Below, one piece after another: positions 1-13,713 of a DNA stretch of 64,000 nt. The DNA is taken from NCBI GenBank assembly GCA_964016885.1, contig OZ024742.1:290780001-290844000 (forward strand). The letters are read 5' to 3'. This DNA comes from Eledone cirrhosa. Taxonomy: Eukaryota. How positions within the stretch are numbered: position 1 is the first letter of the stretch; each line of letters starts with the position of its first letter. The translations under genes were made by a program, and so were the position numbers. The notes beneath the pieces are model-generated. The model was not told the DNA's origin, ran no database searches, and worked only from the letters and a program-made list of their open reading frames with translations.

Positions 1-1155
1 AGAATGGGCATTGTTGAATGTGAAGTAAAGTAGATAATTGGTGTATAGAAAGAAAAGGAGGATGCAAAACTGCATGCAGGGGAACACCAAAGTTAGTTAT
101 AGTCTATAAACATATTAAAATTTATTTCATTGTGAACTGACGTGGCATCATAATCATCATTTCATGTCTGATCTTCTGTGCTGGCATGGGTTGGATAGGT
201 TGTTACAGACCAATCAGAACTTAATCAGGGTTACTAGTCTTCCAGACAAGTCAAGGGACTATGCCTCCTTTAAATATGTTCCACATTTGACATGGCTTCC
301 AATGCTCTTTACACAGGATACTGGGTACATTTTATTGTGGCACCACTGCTAAAGATGTTGTTGCATCCTTCATGTGATTAAGAAGGTCTTCTGAGCCTGT
401 TTTTAGCACAGCCACAAAAGCTGGCTGCACTTCTTATCACTAACCACTTCACAGAGTATATTGGGTGCATTTTATTGTGGCACCACTGTTGCATAGGTTA
501 TTATATCCATGGCATGATTGAACAGTCTTCTCAATCCTTTTTTTGGCATGATTTCTATTGTTGAATGTTCTTCTTTAATGCCAACCATGTTACAGAGTGC
601 ATTGGGTTCATTTTATCATGGCACCAGCACTAAAGAGGTTATCATGTCATTAATGTGACTGAAGCTTCCTCTCTACCCTTTTTGACAAGATTTATGACTG
701 GATTACCATTCTAAACCTAATTAGTTTAAAAAATTGACACATGTACAATTAATGCTTTGATACTAGCCTACTCAAAACCATCTCTGTTTCTATGAAACAA
801 AAGCACCCATTTTGAAACATTCCTATTTATATTAAAATCGTCCAACATAATTTCATATAACTACTATATGTTAAGTTACTATCTTAGTAATGAAATTATT
901 TATAATTTTAGTAAATCTATCCAAATTCTTAATTAAATAATTGAAATACATAGTTCATATTTAAATTAGTATCTTCTAACATAATTTTATATAAGAACCA
1001 TATGTTAAGTTACTATTTTGTTAATGAAATAACAATTTTACTAAATCCCTCAAAATTTCCATTAATTGGAATACAGTAATATTGTTACAAATGGGTTAAT
1101 ATCTTGTCTAGGTACAGTAACATAAGAAAGCATCTGTTAGTTATATGACTATTTT
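1..1155 (+). repeat. Intragenic segmental duplication, copy 1 (continues off the window start)
   Basis: Near-identical to 27459-28600 with only scattered substitutions and a 12-nt indel near 1081. Confidence 0.95.
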
Positions 1156-1188
1156 TCTTTGACAAAATGAGTATTTCTTTTATTTCAG

Positions 1189-1370
1189 AGAGTGATGCAT
1201 CAGAGGACAATACAGTTACTGACGTCCATGAAAAAGACATGAGTGTCTCAGTGAAATTCATTTCAAAATATCAAAATCTTGACATAGCTGTAAAAACTGT
1301 TAAAGAAGAATATATCTCCATGTTATTGGATGAGGTGATGCCATTAGACTTTGAGTTAACAGAAGCTCAA
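1189..1370 (+). CDS. PARP-like exon A: linker/KH-like segment preceding WWE
   Basis: tttatttcag|AGAGT...GCTCAA|gtaagt; open frame SDASEDNTV...FELTEAQ; phase 1 in, phase 0 out. Confidence 0.75.
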
Positions 1371-1415
1371 GTAAGTTTGTCAAGAATGTTACATGTTTAT
1401 TATTATCATCATGAC

Positions 1416-1997
1416 TGTGGATTGGTAGTATTGGTGGAGGGTCGGACGCCATGCTTTCCAGCATAGTTACGTCCCTTTACGATCTGAGTTCAAATCCCGC
1501 CGAGGTTGACTTTGCCTTTCATCCTTACGGGGTCGATAAAATAAAGTACCAGTAATGCACTGGGTACTTGCTGGCCTTGTGCCTAAAGTAGAAACAATTA
1601 TTATCATCATGACTAGGATGGTGGATTGGCAGTATCGGTAGAGCATTGGACATTCTGCTTTGTGGCACAGGGTTACAACCCTTTACGTTCTGAGTTCAAA
1701 TCCAGCTTAGGTTTCTTCCTTACGAGATCGATAAAAGAAAGTACCAGTAACACACTGCGGGTCGATTTAATCTACTTTTCCCTCCCCCCAAAATTTGCTG
1801 GCATTGTGCCTGGATTGGCAGTATCGGTAGAGGGTCTGACGCCATGCTTTGCAGCAAAGAGTTACGGCCCTTGCCATTCTGAGATCAAATCCCGCTGAGG
1901 TTAACTTTGCCTTTCAATCTTACGGGATCGATAACATAAAGTATTAGTAATACACTGGGATATTGCTGGCCTTGTGCCAAAAGCAGAAACAATTATT
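1416..1997 (+). mobile_element. Three tandem copies of tRNA-derived SINE family A
   Basis: Head gtggattggcagtatcggtagag, B box gagttcaaatcc, core tttgcctttcatccttacggggtcgataaaataaagtaccag, tail aaagtagaaacaattatt. Further copies at about 2538-2750, 16429-16617, 26633-26935, 33013-33200, 33640-33820 and 59580-59762. Confidence 0.85.
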
Positions 1998-2103
1998 GGT
2001 GGATTGATGGGGATGATGATGGTGCTGGTAATACTGATAATTATATTGGTGATGATAATGAGGTGCTTTATAAGAAATTGTTTTCTTTTATTAATTTTTT
2101 CAG

Positions 2104-2467
2104 AAGAAGGAAGTCAGAAACATTAATGGCAAGGACAAAGTCAACATAAATATTGGTTCAAGTATTAATATTCATGGCAGATTGCCTTGTGTAAAAGATG
2201 CCAAAATCAATATTCAATCCCTATTAACGAAATTCAAAAAACAGGAAGAGGAATCATACATTAAAAACATGGTGCAGTGGTACTATTACAGTAGTGAAAC
2301 ACCTGAAAGAATGTTTGATGAAGAAGAAAATGCTGTGTTAGAGAAAGCTTTCTCACAGAAAAAAAAAACATACACATGGAGAAATATTGAATATGATATT
2401 AAGAATCTATGTTTTGTAAAGAATGGATTGCAATTTCAACTGAAGAGAACAGAAATAGGAAAAGGTG
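2104..2467 (+). CDS. PARP-like exon B: WWE domain
   Basis: tttttcag|AAGAAG...AAAGGTG|gtaagg; VQWYYYSSETPERMFDEEENAVLEKAFSQKK...YDIKNL...QLKR is a WWE pattern; phase 0 in, phase 1 out. Confidence 0.85.
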
Positions 2468-2864
2468 GTAAGGATGTCTTTTTATCATTATAGTCATCAT
2501 CATCATTAACAATCATCATTTTATGTCTACCTTTAGGGTGGTGGATTGGCATTATTAGTAGAGCATTGGACAACATGCTTTGCAGCATATAGTGATGCCT
2601 CTTTGTATTGAGTTCAAGTCCTACCAAGGTGAACTTTCCCTTTCATCCTTATGGGGTCGATAAAATAAAGTACCAGTAATGCACGGGTGAATTTATTCAA
2701 CTTTCCTTTCTCCAAAAATGGTTGATCTTGTGCTTAAATCAGAAACTATTTTATGTCTACCTTTCCATGTTTGCATGGGTTAGATGAATTTGTTCCACCA
2801 CAGTTTCCTCCACTTGTGTCTTTCTTTCATTTCCTCTCTGAGGTTCAACATTTTGACATCAACT

Positions 2865-4720
2865 ATTTACTATCCGGGTGACCATACTATGTCCCACCAT
2901 TCCAAATGCTTTCAACATTTCAGCATCTATCTCCAAAGGTCCAGCTGCCTTGTCCGTCTTCATATCTTTGATTGCCTTACTTATTATACTACCATTAACT
3001 TGCACAGCTGGTCCCTCTACTGGATCAATTTGGGGCAGACCATCTTTTTTGCATTCATTCTCTTCATTTAGTAGTCTCTCATAGAGACATTTCCAAGCTA
3101 CCTTCTTATCAGTGTAAGTGAGGGCAAGTAAACTATCATCATTACGGACACACTTCTCCCCGACAATATCACAGTTTTCCTTGACTCATTATTTCGCAAT
3201 CCTGAACACCTCACGTTTCTGGTCCTCGTGTTGTAGAACATGCTTGAACTTTCTATCCTCTGCTTCCCTTCTTGCAATGTACACTTGTCGCCGAGCTTCT
3301 CTCCTAACCATCTGATAGTGTTCTCTACTTCCCCACATCCCACCATTCTTTCCAAGCTTGCTTTTTGGCCTTGATTGTCTCCTCCACTTTACTGTTCCAC
3401 TACCATGTTACTCTTCTGCCTAAAGGTTTGCTCCAGCCACAGATTTTTCTCTGTCGCCTTCAGCAGATTAACTTTCAGGAATAACCCACTCTTTCTCTAT
3501 ATTGTACATCTCTAATTACTCTTCCTTACTGTCAAAAGCATCAAATAATATGCTTTTAAATTTGTTACTGGCTGTGGGGTCCTTCAACTTCCATATTTTT
3601 CTCCTCGAGGTAGACTTCTGTCATCGAGTACGCCTAGTCCTGACTATGAGGCCACTAACTATTAGGCTATGTTGGGAAGTGCATTCTTCATGAAGGAGGG
3701 ACTTAGTGTTTACAACAGACACTCTGTTTCATCTTCTAGGAAGAGTAAAATCTATCTGGCTGGCGTGTTCCCCTGATCTATAGGTAATCAAGTGATTGTC
3801 TCGTTTTATTAAATTTGTGTTACAGATAGTTAGATTATTAGCATCACAGAATTCCAGGATCCTAAAGTCTTCCTCATTTCTAGTACCAAACCCATAGCCT
3901 CCATGGATTCCGTCATAGCCATCACAATGTCGCCCAACATGACCATTAAAGTCACCAGCAATAATTATGTAGTTATTGTTGGTTATTGAGAGGTAGTGAG
4001 CATTAGCGACTCATAGAACCTGTCTTTTATAATGTCAAGTAGACCAGATTGGGGTGCATAAGCGGATATTATTGACACAGTTGTTCTATTTAAAACTAGT
4101 CTTATTTTAATTATTCTGTCATTCACTCTATGGCAATTACCTTATCTACCCAGTTTTCTACTAATTCCTACTCCACCCAGCCCGTTGTCACATCCCATCT
4201 AGAAAAGTTTAAAGCATCGTTTTTTGCCCATAACAAATCTAGCAGACCCACCCCTCCACCTGGTCTCTTGAACACAACAAACATCAACTTCCTTACATTC
4301 AAACATCTCTACAACCTCATTTGAGTGACCTTTAACCTGTATGCCTACATTCATGTTACCAACTCTGAAGTTTTGGAGTTCGCTGGGAGAGAGGAAGGGA
4401 TGAGATGGGGGCACAGTGAGGGGTGTGGGAGACAGAATTGTGTTGGTTTTGGTCTTCCATGTCTGAAATAAAGAGGAGTGCTTGCATGCTCGTCCAGAGA
4501 TGGAAGGTGAATTTATCTTTGTCATTGTCATTGCTCAGACTCTCCATCTCTGAAGTCCATTTATCATACCGAACAACAACCAGGTTTAAGGAGTATTTTA
4601 AAGCTTTGCGATCGAGATTTTATGTTAGAAACCTTACTATAAACCACTGGGTTTTGATTGGACCAAATAACTATGGTGGTGAATGGGGGTGGGTGGGAGG
4701 AAAATGGGTAACTTTTGGAC
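2865..4720 (-). mobile_element. RTE-clade LINE, 5' part (UTR, APE endonuclease, start of RT), degenerate
   Basis: FRVGNMNVG...VDVCCVQETRWRG, GDFNGHVG, SQIDF, TWWWN motifs; homologous to the + copy at 36080-40540. Confidence 0.9.
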
Positions 4721-4749
4721 ATGCTTTTCAAATGTGTGAGAGATAAAAA

Positions 4750-4938
4750 AATAATTGTTTCTACTTTAGGCACAAGGCCAGCAATTACCCAGTGCATTAC
4801 TAGTACTTTATTTTATCGACCCCGTAAGGATGAAAGGCAAAGTCAACCTCGGCAGGATTTGAACTCAGATCGTAAAGGGCCTTAACTATGCTGGAAAGCA
4901 TGGCGTCTGACCCTCTACTGATACTGCCAATCCACCAC
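4750..4938 (-). mobile_element. SINE family A, reverse copy
   Basis: Reverse complement of the 1416-1603 element. Confidence 0.85.
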
Positions 4939-5544
4939 CCTAAAAAATAATAACAATAAGTATGGACAAAACAAAATTCCGAGAGAGAAAAGTTAATGCT
5001 AGAACAATCTATACAAACAAAAATGACCAAGTATACTTAGTAAGTATACTTTTCAAATGTGTCTTTTTTTTTCAAAATCGCCCACCACTTAGATAAGCCA
5101 TAAGACTTTTATTTTCTCATCCCTTAGCTTAATGGTAAAAACAGTCAACCAGAATTCAATAGATTCAGGTTTGTTTCTTCATAGTAGCTGCTGGACACGT
5201 TTTGAAACTAATTAAGAATTTAGAGTAATTTAGTAATATAAATAACTTTCTCATTATTAAGTTGATGTTTGGAACATACCTTTACATAGGTACATAAAAT
5301 TCTGATGGAAGCTCCAATTAACCCTTTTGATATGAACTTTCCCCAGGTTCTCTGATATAAAACTATTTATTTTAAAGTATATTTAGCTTCCATCATAATT
5401 TTATGCAAGAACCTATCAAAGAACATCGGATTTATATGTGGTTGATGCACAGGTAAATAAGTAGCAAGAGCTCGCAAGATACTAGCTCCTTTAAATGTCC
5501 AGTGGACTCTGTAGAAGTAGTGGATAGTTTCTGATAACTGGGTG

Positions 5545-5925
5545 ATTAAATTACAGTAGCCACCACTGCTCACAAAAGTGTTTTCTCTCAAAAGCTTGCA
5601 TGCTCCAATGGATGTGTAATAGTAATATACATGAACGGCAAAATGTAAATGAACTGAGTGAGAAACTAGGCATAAAAGGGATTGGATCCAGTGTGCAGGA
5701 GAGAAGATTGCAGTGGTATGGACATGTGATGGTATGAAGGATGACAGCTGTATAAAAAAGTGGGGGCACTTAAAGTTAATGGAATCTATGGAGTAGGAAG
5801 ACCTATGAAAGCTTGGGATGAGGTGATAAAAACTAACCTCATACAATTGCACCTCTTTAAGACAATGAGACAGGATAATGATCTCTGGTATAATGCAATA
5901 CTACAGAAGACCTACCTTCCCATGT
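5545..5925 (+). mobile_element. RTE LINE 3' fragment, degenerate
   Basis: RLQWYGHV and GRPMKAWDEVI, similar to ORF 63337-63915. Confidence 0.75.
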
Positions 5926-6813
5926 GCAAGGGACGAAGCAATGTCTAGTGGTCTTTAGTATGCACATCTCCCTCCCTCCCCTTGCATAATCCTACTTCAT
6001 TAGAAATATAGTAACAAAAGGTTTAAATTCTGACTTTGATTGTGACAACCAATCCAAACGTTGCTAGCAGTTAAAAAGGACATTGAATGATCATAATGAT
6101 ATATATATATATGTGTGTGTGTGTGTATATAAATTATTGTTTTTATGTCTGCTTTATGATATTGAAAATGAAAAAAAGCATGTAATGCCCAATGCTTGGC
6201 CCAAGGCTATGGTAAATGATACTTGCTCAAGATGTCATGCAGTGAGATTTATCCTGAGACCTAATGATTTCAAATCAAACTATTTAACCATATGGTCATG
6301 CTGTATCAACATGCAACCATATAATGGCTCTGTCATTGGCCTTGTAATATATTTTATTAGCCATTCTTACCATATGATACTGTTTAGAAACTGATAAAAT
6401 TACCAGTTTTTGTTTGACCATAGAATCATTACTAACAAGTTTATGGGACAAACACCTGCTGATGACTATGTGTGAGTCCTATTTGCTTATGTAGTTACTG
6501 TGGATGTGCAGATATATATAACCACATGTATAGTTGGTGTGTATTAAAAACTACTATGGACCAGGTAAACATGTTTCTTTTTTCCCTGGGTATTTGTTAA
6601 TGACTCCTGCAGGAGGTTCACATGTCTATGCTATTTGTTCGTGTTCCTTTCTAATTTGAATAATGAATTGCCACTCAAAAACAATGAATTTATTTCCTGT
6701 ACGATTTAGTATTGATATTTGTCTGTCTATCTCTATTGATCTGTCTATCTATATTGATTTGTCTGTCTGTCCACCCATTGGTTGATTAATAGATAGATAG
6801 ATGCATAGATATA

Positions 6814-8193
6814 TTTCTTTATTTGCCACAAGGGCGCACAAGAAAAGGGGACAATACAAAGACACATGCCGGGGATTTTACATACAGTCGTGTAAAAACA
6901 AAACAAAAACAAACAAACAATTATAACAATCGAAATCCCCAATAGAGGGGAGACGCCACAAATGGGTTGTTTAATACCCTGTTGATAGAACAACCCTCAA
7001 CTTCAGGAGCGTGTTGTGCAAGTGCTCCTTTCTTCCTTTTGCTCTCTTCTTTAACCTACAGGCTTATAAACAGAGAAGGCCCAATCACTCGGGCCATTTT
7101 CGCTTCATTCACCCACCTTTCAGTAAATTTACTCGGGTGCAGTGCCTCTCTCTCCACTCTGATTCTTTTTCTTCTAAAGTGATACTTAAAGAAGGCAATC
7201 AATTGTTGTCCAGAGAGAAAGGCATCTGTCCTCAGTCCTCTCAATCTCATCCACCATATAACCTCTTTCACCATAGTCACTGTACAGAGGAAAACCGCCT
7301 CTCTTTCGTTTTTGAAAGAGGCTGGCGGTTTGATCCTTACTATGGCTGTCAACTGGATTTGTCCCATACGCAACAGCAGTTGTTTTGCATAGTTCCACAG
7401 GTTGCTTACGCCCGGGCCGTGTACAATTGCGTGCAAGACGGTTTCAATGTCCTGCTCGCATCTTTAACACGTCCTCTTGGAAGGATCCCTGCCGGGGTGT
7501 CCGTGCCTGTAGATCTTATCTCGAACGGGTAGAACTCCTCGGTAGCACTGCCAGGCCAGGGACCTCTGGAAGTTGTCCATAGGTCCCGGGCGGAAAGTCC
7601 TACCGAACAGACTGGTGAGCTCGTCGTCTTCGAAGCCTAGAGTCTCCCCGAGCATGTCGTCGCACTTGTAAAGTACTAACCCTTTATAGAATGTCGAAGT
7701 GGAGTCTCCACTGATTGCTGTGCCCGCTAGACAGAGGACTGTAATCGCCTGGGCGCATTCAATGTGCCAGGCGCCCAACTTCTTTGATCATCACTTGACC
7801 CAGGACTGCAGCTCCGTCAGCGAGACAAGTTGTGGGAAGGCCTGTCTCACAAACGGTGCCCACACCGGTTGGTCGGTGAGGTATACCTGGAGATGCCGTA
7901 GCTTCAGCACATGTTTGTCCATCATTAGCCACGGCATGCCCAGCCCTCCGTTGGAAGGGTGTTGACAACAGACGGATCTCCTCAGCAGTGGAGCCTGCTT
8001 CTTCCACAGGAACTGGAAGAGCATCCGTTCCATCTTGGTGAGGTATTCACGGAGACAAGGCACGACATTCAAGCGGAAGTAGATGACGGACGCTATGAAA
8101 GAGTTCGCCACCTCCGCTCGACCTTTCAAAGACAGTTTGCACTCTGCCCACTTCTGGGTGAGCGCAAATACCTTGGCCATGACCTCGTTCCAG
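6814..8193 (-). mobile_element. Tx1/L1-clade LINE, 5'-truncated (post-RT and zinc-binding region)
   Basis: KLSLKGRAEVAN...FQFLW...GGLGMP, LAWQCYRGVLPVR, ETVLHAIV; GC-richer than flanks; bordered by (TAGA)n on both sides. Confidence 0.85.
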
Positions 8194-8351
8194 TAGATAG
8201 ATAGATAGATGGATAGACAGATAATGTACACACACGCTCACACACAGATAATGTACACACTTGCACACACACACACACACATACATACATAATACTATTC
8301 TGCTATGTCAGTACCAGCCTTGTAAAATAGTATTTTTGTGTTTATTTTCAG

Positions 8352-8476
8352 GAGGGACTCCATCAAAGACAACTGTTCCTGATTCTCAAAAAAAACATTT
8401 GCCTCCTAGCACCAATCTGGTATATTCAAAAAATATTGATATCAAAATAATGCTTGATTTAATTTCGAATGTCTCT
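8352..8476 (+). CDS. PARP-like exon C: linker and first strand of macro domain
   Basis: ttattttcag|GAGGG...GTCTCT|gtgagt; ends ...NIDIKIMLDLISNVS and joins in frame to VDVIVNST; phase 1 in, phase 0 out. Confidence 0.75.
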
Positions 8477-10243
8477 GTGAGTAAACAATTTTATATCAAA
8501 TATTTAAATTTACTTATTCTATTTCAAATAATAAACTATTTATGTTGACTGAAACAGTAAAATGCAACCTCTAAATTTTCTTCATATAACACTGTCAATC
8601 TTTTTAACCATTTTTCTACCAAACCAGCTGAAACTAACCCTGGTTGTATGATACAAAACTATTGGTTTTTCAAGCAATTATATTTATCTAAAAACCTTCC
8701 ACCATATTTTATGCATAACCCTTAATTAAGAAACACCAGTTTAACCCTTTAGCATTCACATTAATTTTCAAATGTCATGCGTATCTATTCACATTATTTT
8801 GAGTTAATTATACTCAAGAGGGTTATCAATTTTAGCAGATTTGAAATTTTGTCAGCAGATGTTAAAATATTAATAATTTAGAATTGTATATTTTTACTGA
8901 TATTTGTTTGTTAAATTTGACTTTTATGGGCAGGTGAAATTAATTAACAGGTGTAAAAGTAATGACTTTATGGATAATCACAAAAATTTAAATTTATCTA
9001 ACTTACCTGTTAGATTTGTTACAAAAAATATTCAACAATGACCTAGATGTTGACTTCCAACAATTTTAGCACTTTTCCAAACAGGTGAATTAATTTAAAA
9101 TGCAGTATAATCAGTGCACGGTTTTAGTCTGTCTCTACGTTTTATGCAAATATTTTCATTGAAAAAAATGTATAAAACCCTCTCCCCAGTCAAACTAATA
9201 TTGGCAATGTACTCTTACACAATGTACTCAGTAGATTTAAAAAGAATGTGCTCAATATTTAAGTTCATTATCAGGTGTGACACAGGTGAATGCAGGTGTT
9301 TTTGTATCTAATGTACTCCAATATATTTTTTAAATATTCTTTTCAATATTGTCAGACAATATTCCTATCATGATATTGGCCAAAACAGCCTTTACATAAT
9401 GGCACTTTGCAAAAGGAACACATAAACATGAGGTTTCAATTGGATAACCTTTAGCAGTTTTTCTCTTTTGTAAAGAGCACATTCGGCAAACCTTCCTCCC
9501 ATCAATTTTCTCCACTTTATGAAAATCAATATTTCTTTGTTCACCTCAGATAATTTTGACTTTCTCCCAGCTTTGTGTTTGCGAGAAGTATATCCTCCAC
9601 GCAGCTGAGATGCGACATCCACACAAAATTTCACGTGGCAGTAGTCCTTTGGTGGTGGCGGATCCTTGTGGCTTTTAGTGAATACAATAAAAGAATTCAC
9701 AATGGTTAAATTCACTAAAAATCACAAGATATATCTCCACCATTTCTTCCCAGGGCGTCCAACTGGGTAATATGTGCAATATTGGTCGGATTTGTCAACC
9801 CCGCCCATACATTTATTATAGGAGAGGTTGACTAAAGGTTTACTTTCAGCCCCAACTCCTGGTTGTTGGTTAGAAGATAGGAACAAAATTTGCCGTTTGT
9901 CTTTGTACAATGTGGCTAACATGTTCCCTTTTTGCACTTGGAGAGTCTCCCCTCTCTTTTTAAATTTTGTGATTTTTATTTCTTGGGGTAGCCCTTTGCG
10001 ATTCCCCATTATTGTACAGCAGGTGTACGTATTTACGAGGGCAAGATCCTCTGCTAGAAGCACTAAAGAAAAAAAACGGTCAAAATCTATGTGTCTGTGT
10101 TGAGAGTGGAATGGTTCAGTCAGAGACCACACAACATCATACCCCAATCTATTTTTTCTCTCTCCGTTGTGTTTCTTTCCTGGGTAAACATCAAAGTTTG
10201 CACAGTAGCCTGTGTCCGATGAGGTTAGAAAAAGCTATCTCAC

Positions 10244-12880
10244 GGACACATTGTTCTGGGAATTTACGGCCGTCACCGTTCCCCTTCCCCATTGAGATGT
10301 GCAACGTGCACCTGGGGGCTTAACCCAGACTTCTTCGCCCACCTGCACGAATGCACTCTCTCTCCCCACTGGCCGTTGTGCACGGGCTTGCCACTCGTAT
10401 CTGAATACTGCTCTGTGTGGCACCGATTCCTCGACCTGTCCCACCCGAGGGAACATGTTGTACCAGAACACTGCCTCCATTGGTGAGATATGGCCCCGCT
10501 CCGCCATTGCCTTGATCGTCTGGTGGTGTCGCTCCACAATTCCAATCCCGCTCGGCCTGTGCGCTGCTCTGAAGAAACGGTCCACCTTCCATCCATCGAG
10601 CATCTCCCTCAGCGCCTCCGAGCGGAACGCTGCGCTGTTGTCCATCAGCAGTTCGTCCACAGGGACCCGCTCCAAGAACACCTCTCTCAACGTCTGCATG
10701 ATTTCCTCGGCCGTTCCAGTCTTCATCTCCCTCCATATCGCCATCCGTCCTGGTCCACAGTCGACCATCGAGAGGTACGTTCCCTGTTGGTAGTGCGTTA
10801 CATCCACCTGCAATAGCTTCCAGTCGCGATACACCGGGAGGCTTCCCGTTTCGTGCACACCCGGGGCGGGATCAATGGACTGACATCGGACGCAGCCTCT
10901 AACCACCCTTTGAACACTGTGTCTGTTAACGTCCGAGTCGATTCTCCTGGCTAGGAACAGGCTCCTATCCACTCCCTTGTGGTGCATGTCATGCAACCCT
11001 TTCAGATCCGACTCGGTCAGCTGACACACGGCAGCTATCTCATCTTCTACCTACACCAGCGCTTCCATCCAGGCTTTCTTCACCCTAGTTAAGACGTCCG
11101 CCCTATTTTTCTCTGATGGCACAAAAACTACGCTCAGCCTCAGGTCGAACTCGGTGGCCAGCTCTCCTAAAATTCCCAGGCAGCGCTTTATCAGCATCTC
11201 CGCCGCCCCTCTCGTTCGCACTCTCTTCTCACCCATCCGAGTACAGTAGCCGAGTCGGTGCGTATCTCAATAGTGCGCAGTCTCCACCTCAGGGCGAGGT
11301 TCACCCCTCTCAACACTGCGTCCAGTTCGGCCACATTGATGTGGTTGCAGTCGTCCTTCTTCCTAAGCCAGGCTGCATCCTCGACCTCAACACCTCCTAT
11401 CTCCAACATGACACCCAGCGCTATGCTGCTGGCATTGCACCATACGGTCCCGCTCTGCGATTTGGGAACATACCAGCGTCCCCGCACTGGGTCGTCGGCC
11501 TTCACCCACCCCACGATCTCCTGCATCATGGCCACCGTCCTCTCTCCCACTCTGTCACTCCAAGTCACTCCTCTCGCTCGTGTCTTGACATAGCTGCATG
11601 CCGTCCGGAGCCACCCAGCAATCGGGTAGTGACCCACCAACTTTCCACACACCGAGAAAAGCACCTGCCTACTCATACTTGGACCCAGTTCTGGAACTTC
11701 ATTTCCCTTCTGGAATACCAAGACGCCGTCCTGTCTCGCCGTAGCCTAAGTCCCGGCGCGGCTCCTCCCTCCTAAGCTTCTGAGGGCTTCACAGCCAGTC
11801 CATACCCCTGTAAATGGCTTGTGACCTCCGCCGCCGACACCACAGACTTGTCCACTAGGACGTCATCAATATAGAAGTTAGTGGCCCTCTTCATCTTGTC
11901 GGCCTTTCCCAGAATGGTCTTGAGGACCGCCGCCATGATCTTCAGTGCGGAGCTCAGCCCAAAACCGAGCCTGGTCAGGCAATATGTCCGGCCCTTATAC
12001 CTGACCAGCTGATACTGCCAAAGCTTCTCATCTATATGCTATTGCAAGTATGCCGACTTTAGATATACGATTGCTGAACCCTCCGTCATGCGTCTCCAAT
12101 CACGCAGGGTTTCCCCACAGACATCCGTGACCTCGCAACCCGTGTGGCATGACACGTGCTCGTTCAGTTCCCGAAAGTCCAGCATCGGCATCACCTTGTT
12201 CTTCGTGGATTTCGCCATCGCCATTAATGGCAATACTCCACACTTCACCTCCTATTTCCAGGGAAGCAGTATGCCCTCCCCAATCCATCTCTCTACCTCT
12301 CGCTCGAACTTTCTCCTAATGTTTCCCTTCAATGTGTGTTGATAGCAGCCCACTTTGGACTTCAGTGTTGGTGGTTCTCCCTTCCAGTACCACTCAACAA
12401 CCCATCGAACACGGCCTTGAAGTCTTTGTCCTGCACAGTGTAAGTGGGGTATTTCTCCTCATGGGCCTTCTGGTTATCCTGTCGCGCACTCACAGCGCAT
12501 ACCGATGCAGCGACGCCAAACGACACACCGACGTTGTTCACTGTGACGCCTCCTAGACGGCCAATTGCGTCCATGCACATAACCACGCCGATCCCATCCA
12601 CCACGCTGTCTACTACGATGGCAGAAAGCCTTAATTTCCTTCGCCGTACCGCTATTTCCATCTCGCTGCGACCTTGGCATTCAATTTTCCTGCCATCGAC
12701 TGCCCTTACGCTGCTCTTCCCTCTCCACCTCTGCACCACCCCTGCGGTCACCAGTGTCGTCGTACAGCCCATGTCCACGAGGGCTTGCTCTGGCTTTCCC
12801 GTCACGAAGACTTCCACCACGGGCAGCGCCTCTACTCGTAAGGGGCAACTACCGGCGCAGTAGTTCTCCTTGGATCATTT
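10244..12880 (-). pseudogene. pol: protease, RT, RNase H, DDE integrase, degenerate
   Basis: ALVDMG; LDFRELN, LKSAYLQ, RLGFGL, YIDD; NAS...HINVAELDA...RTDS...NRADVLTR; HH..CVRC, VDVTH, MDNS, GIVERHH. Confidence 0.9.
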
Positions 12881-13594
12881 CCCTGGTAGCAGTTAGTAGC
12901 GATGTGGCCTGGTCGCTTATACCGGTAGCATATTATTTCCGGCCTTGACTCTCTGCAGTCTCTAGCCATGTGCGGACCCTGGCACCGAAAACAGCGACCT
13001 CTAAACGTTCGCGGGCGACCGCGTGCCGTGGTTGCCTCCCTTTCACCATTTCGCTGCCAGCTGTCTTGAGCCTCTGTAGTTGCTATCGCCGCGACATTCT
13101 TCTTGGCATCTTCTGCTATGATCCGGGCTTGTTCCACCAGTGAACGCATTTCCATTTCTTTGTAACCTGGGACTTGCTGCAGTTTCACCGCTTTGTCGTC
13201 TGGAAATCCATTTATGAAGGCCAACCGCACCGTGCATTCACATTCCACCTGATATCCAGCCAACATGGCCAATTGCCGTATTTCCGCTGCAAAAATGTCA
13301 ACGCGTTCACCGTTCCATCTAATTCTTGCCAGCTTAGCGAAAGCGGCTAACGGTCTCTCTGCGAACGCTTCCATCATGCGACTCTCAATCTTTTGCGCAT
13401 CTCTTTGGCTGTGTTCGTCCAACTCAAGGAGGAGTACCAACATGTCCCCCCTCGAGGTACAGTGCCATGAGGCCAGCCACATCTTCTATCTTCTGCAAGC
13501 TTGCGACCAGCCGGACTTTTCGCAGCCAAGCGACAACATCACCTTCCCCAGTAAATGCCCTGATAGCTTCGCTTGTTCGTAGTCTTGTCGCCAT
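12832..13594 (-). pseudogene. gag with two CCHC zinc knuckles, frameshifted
   Basis: CFRCQGPHMARDC and CYRYKRPGHIATNC; GGGAAAT slippery-like heptamer near the gag end. Confidence 0.8.
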
Positions 13595-13713
13595 CTTCTA
13601 ATTTGTCTTGTGGTATGTGATAAAAAAAACAACAGACTCCTCTCTGTTTTTCCAGTAGCTTTTTTTTTTTTTTTTTTTTCAATCAGATCTCAGTTTCCAG
13701 TGCCGAAATAGCT

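Noticed and set aside
10273-13582. Many overlapping antisense or alternate-frame ORFs in GC-richer regions (also 7011-8204 and 53740-57600)
   Set aside because: Shadows of retroelement coding sequence with no independent motifs
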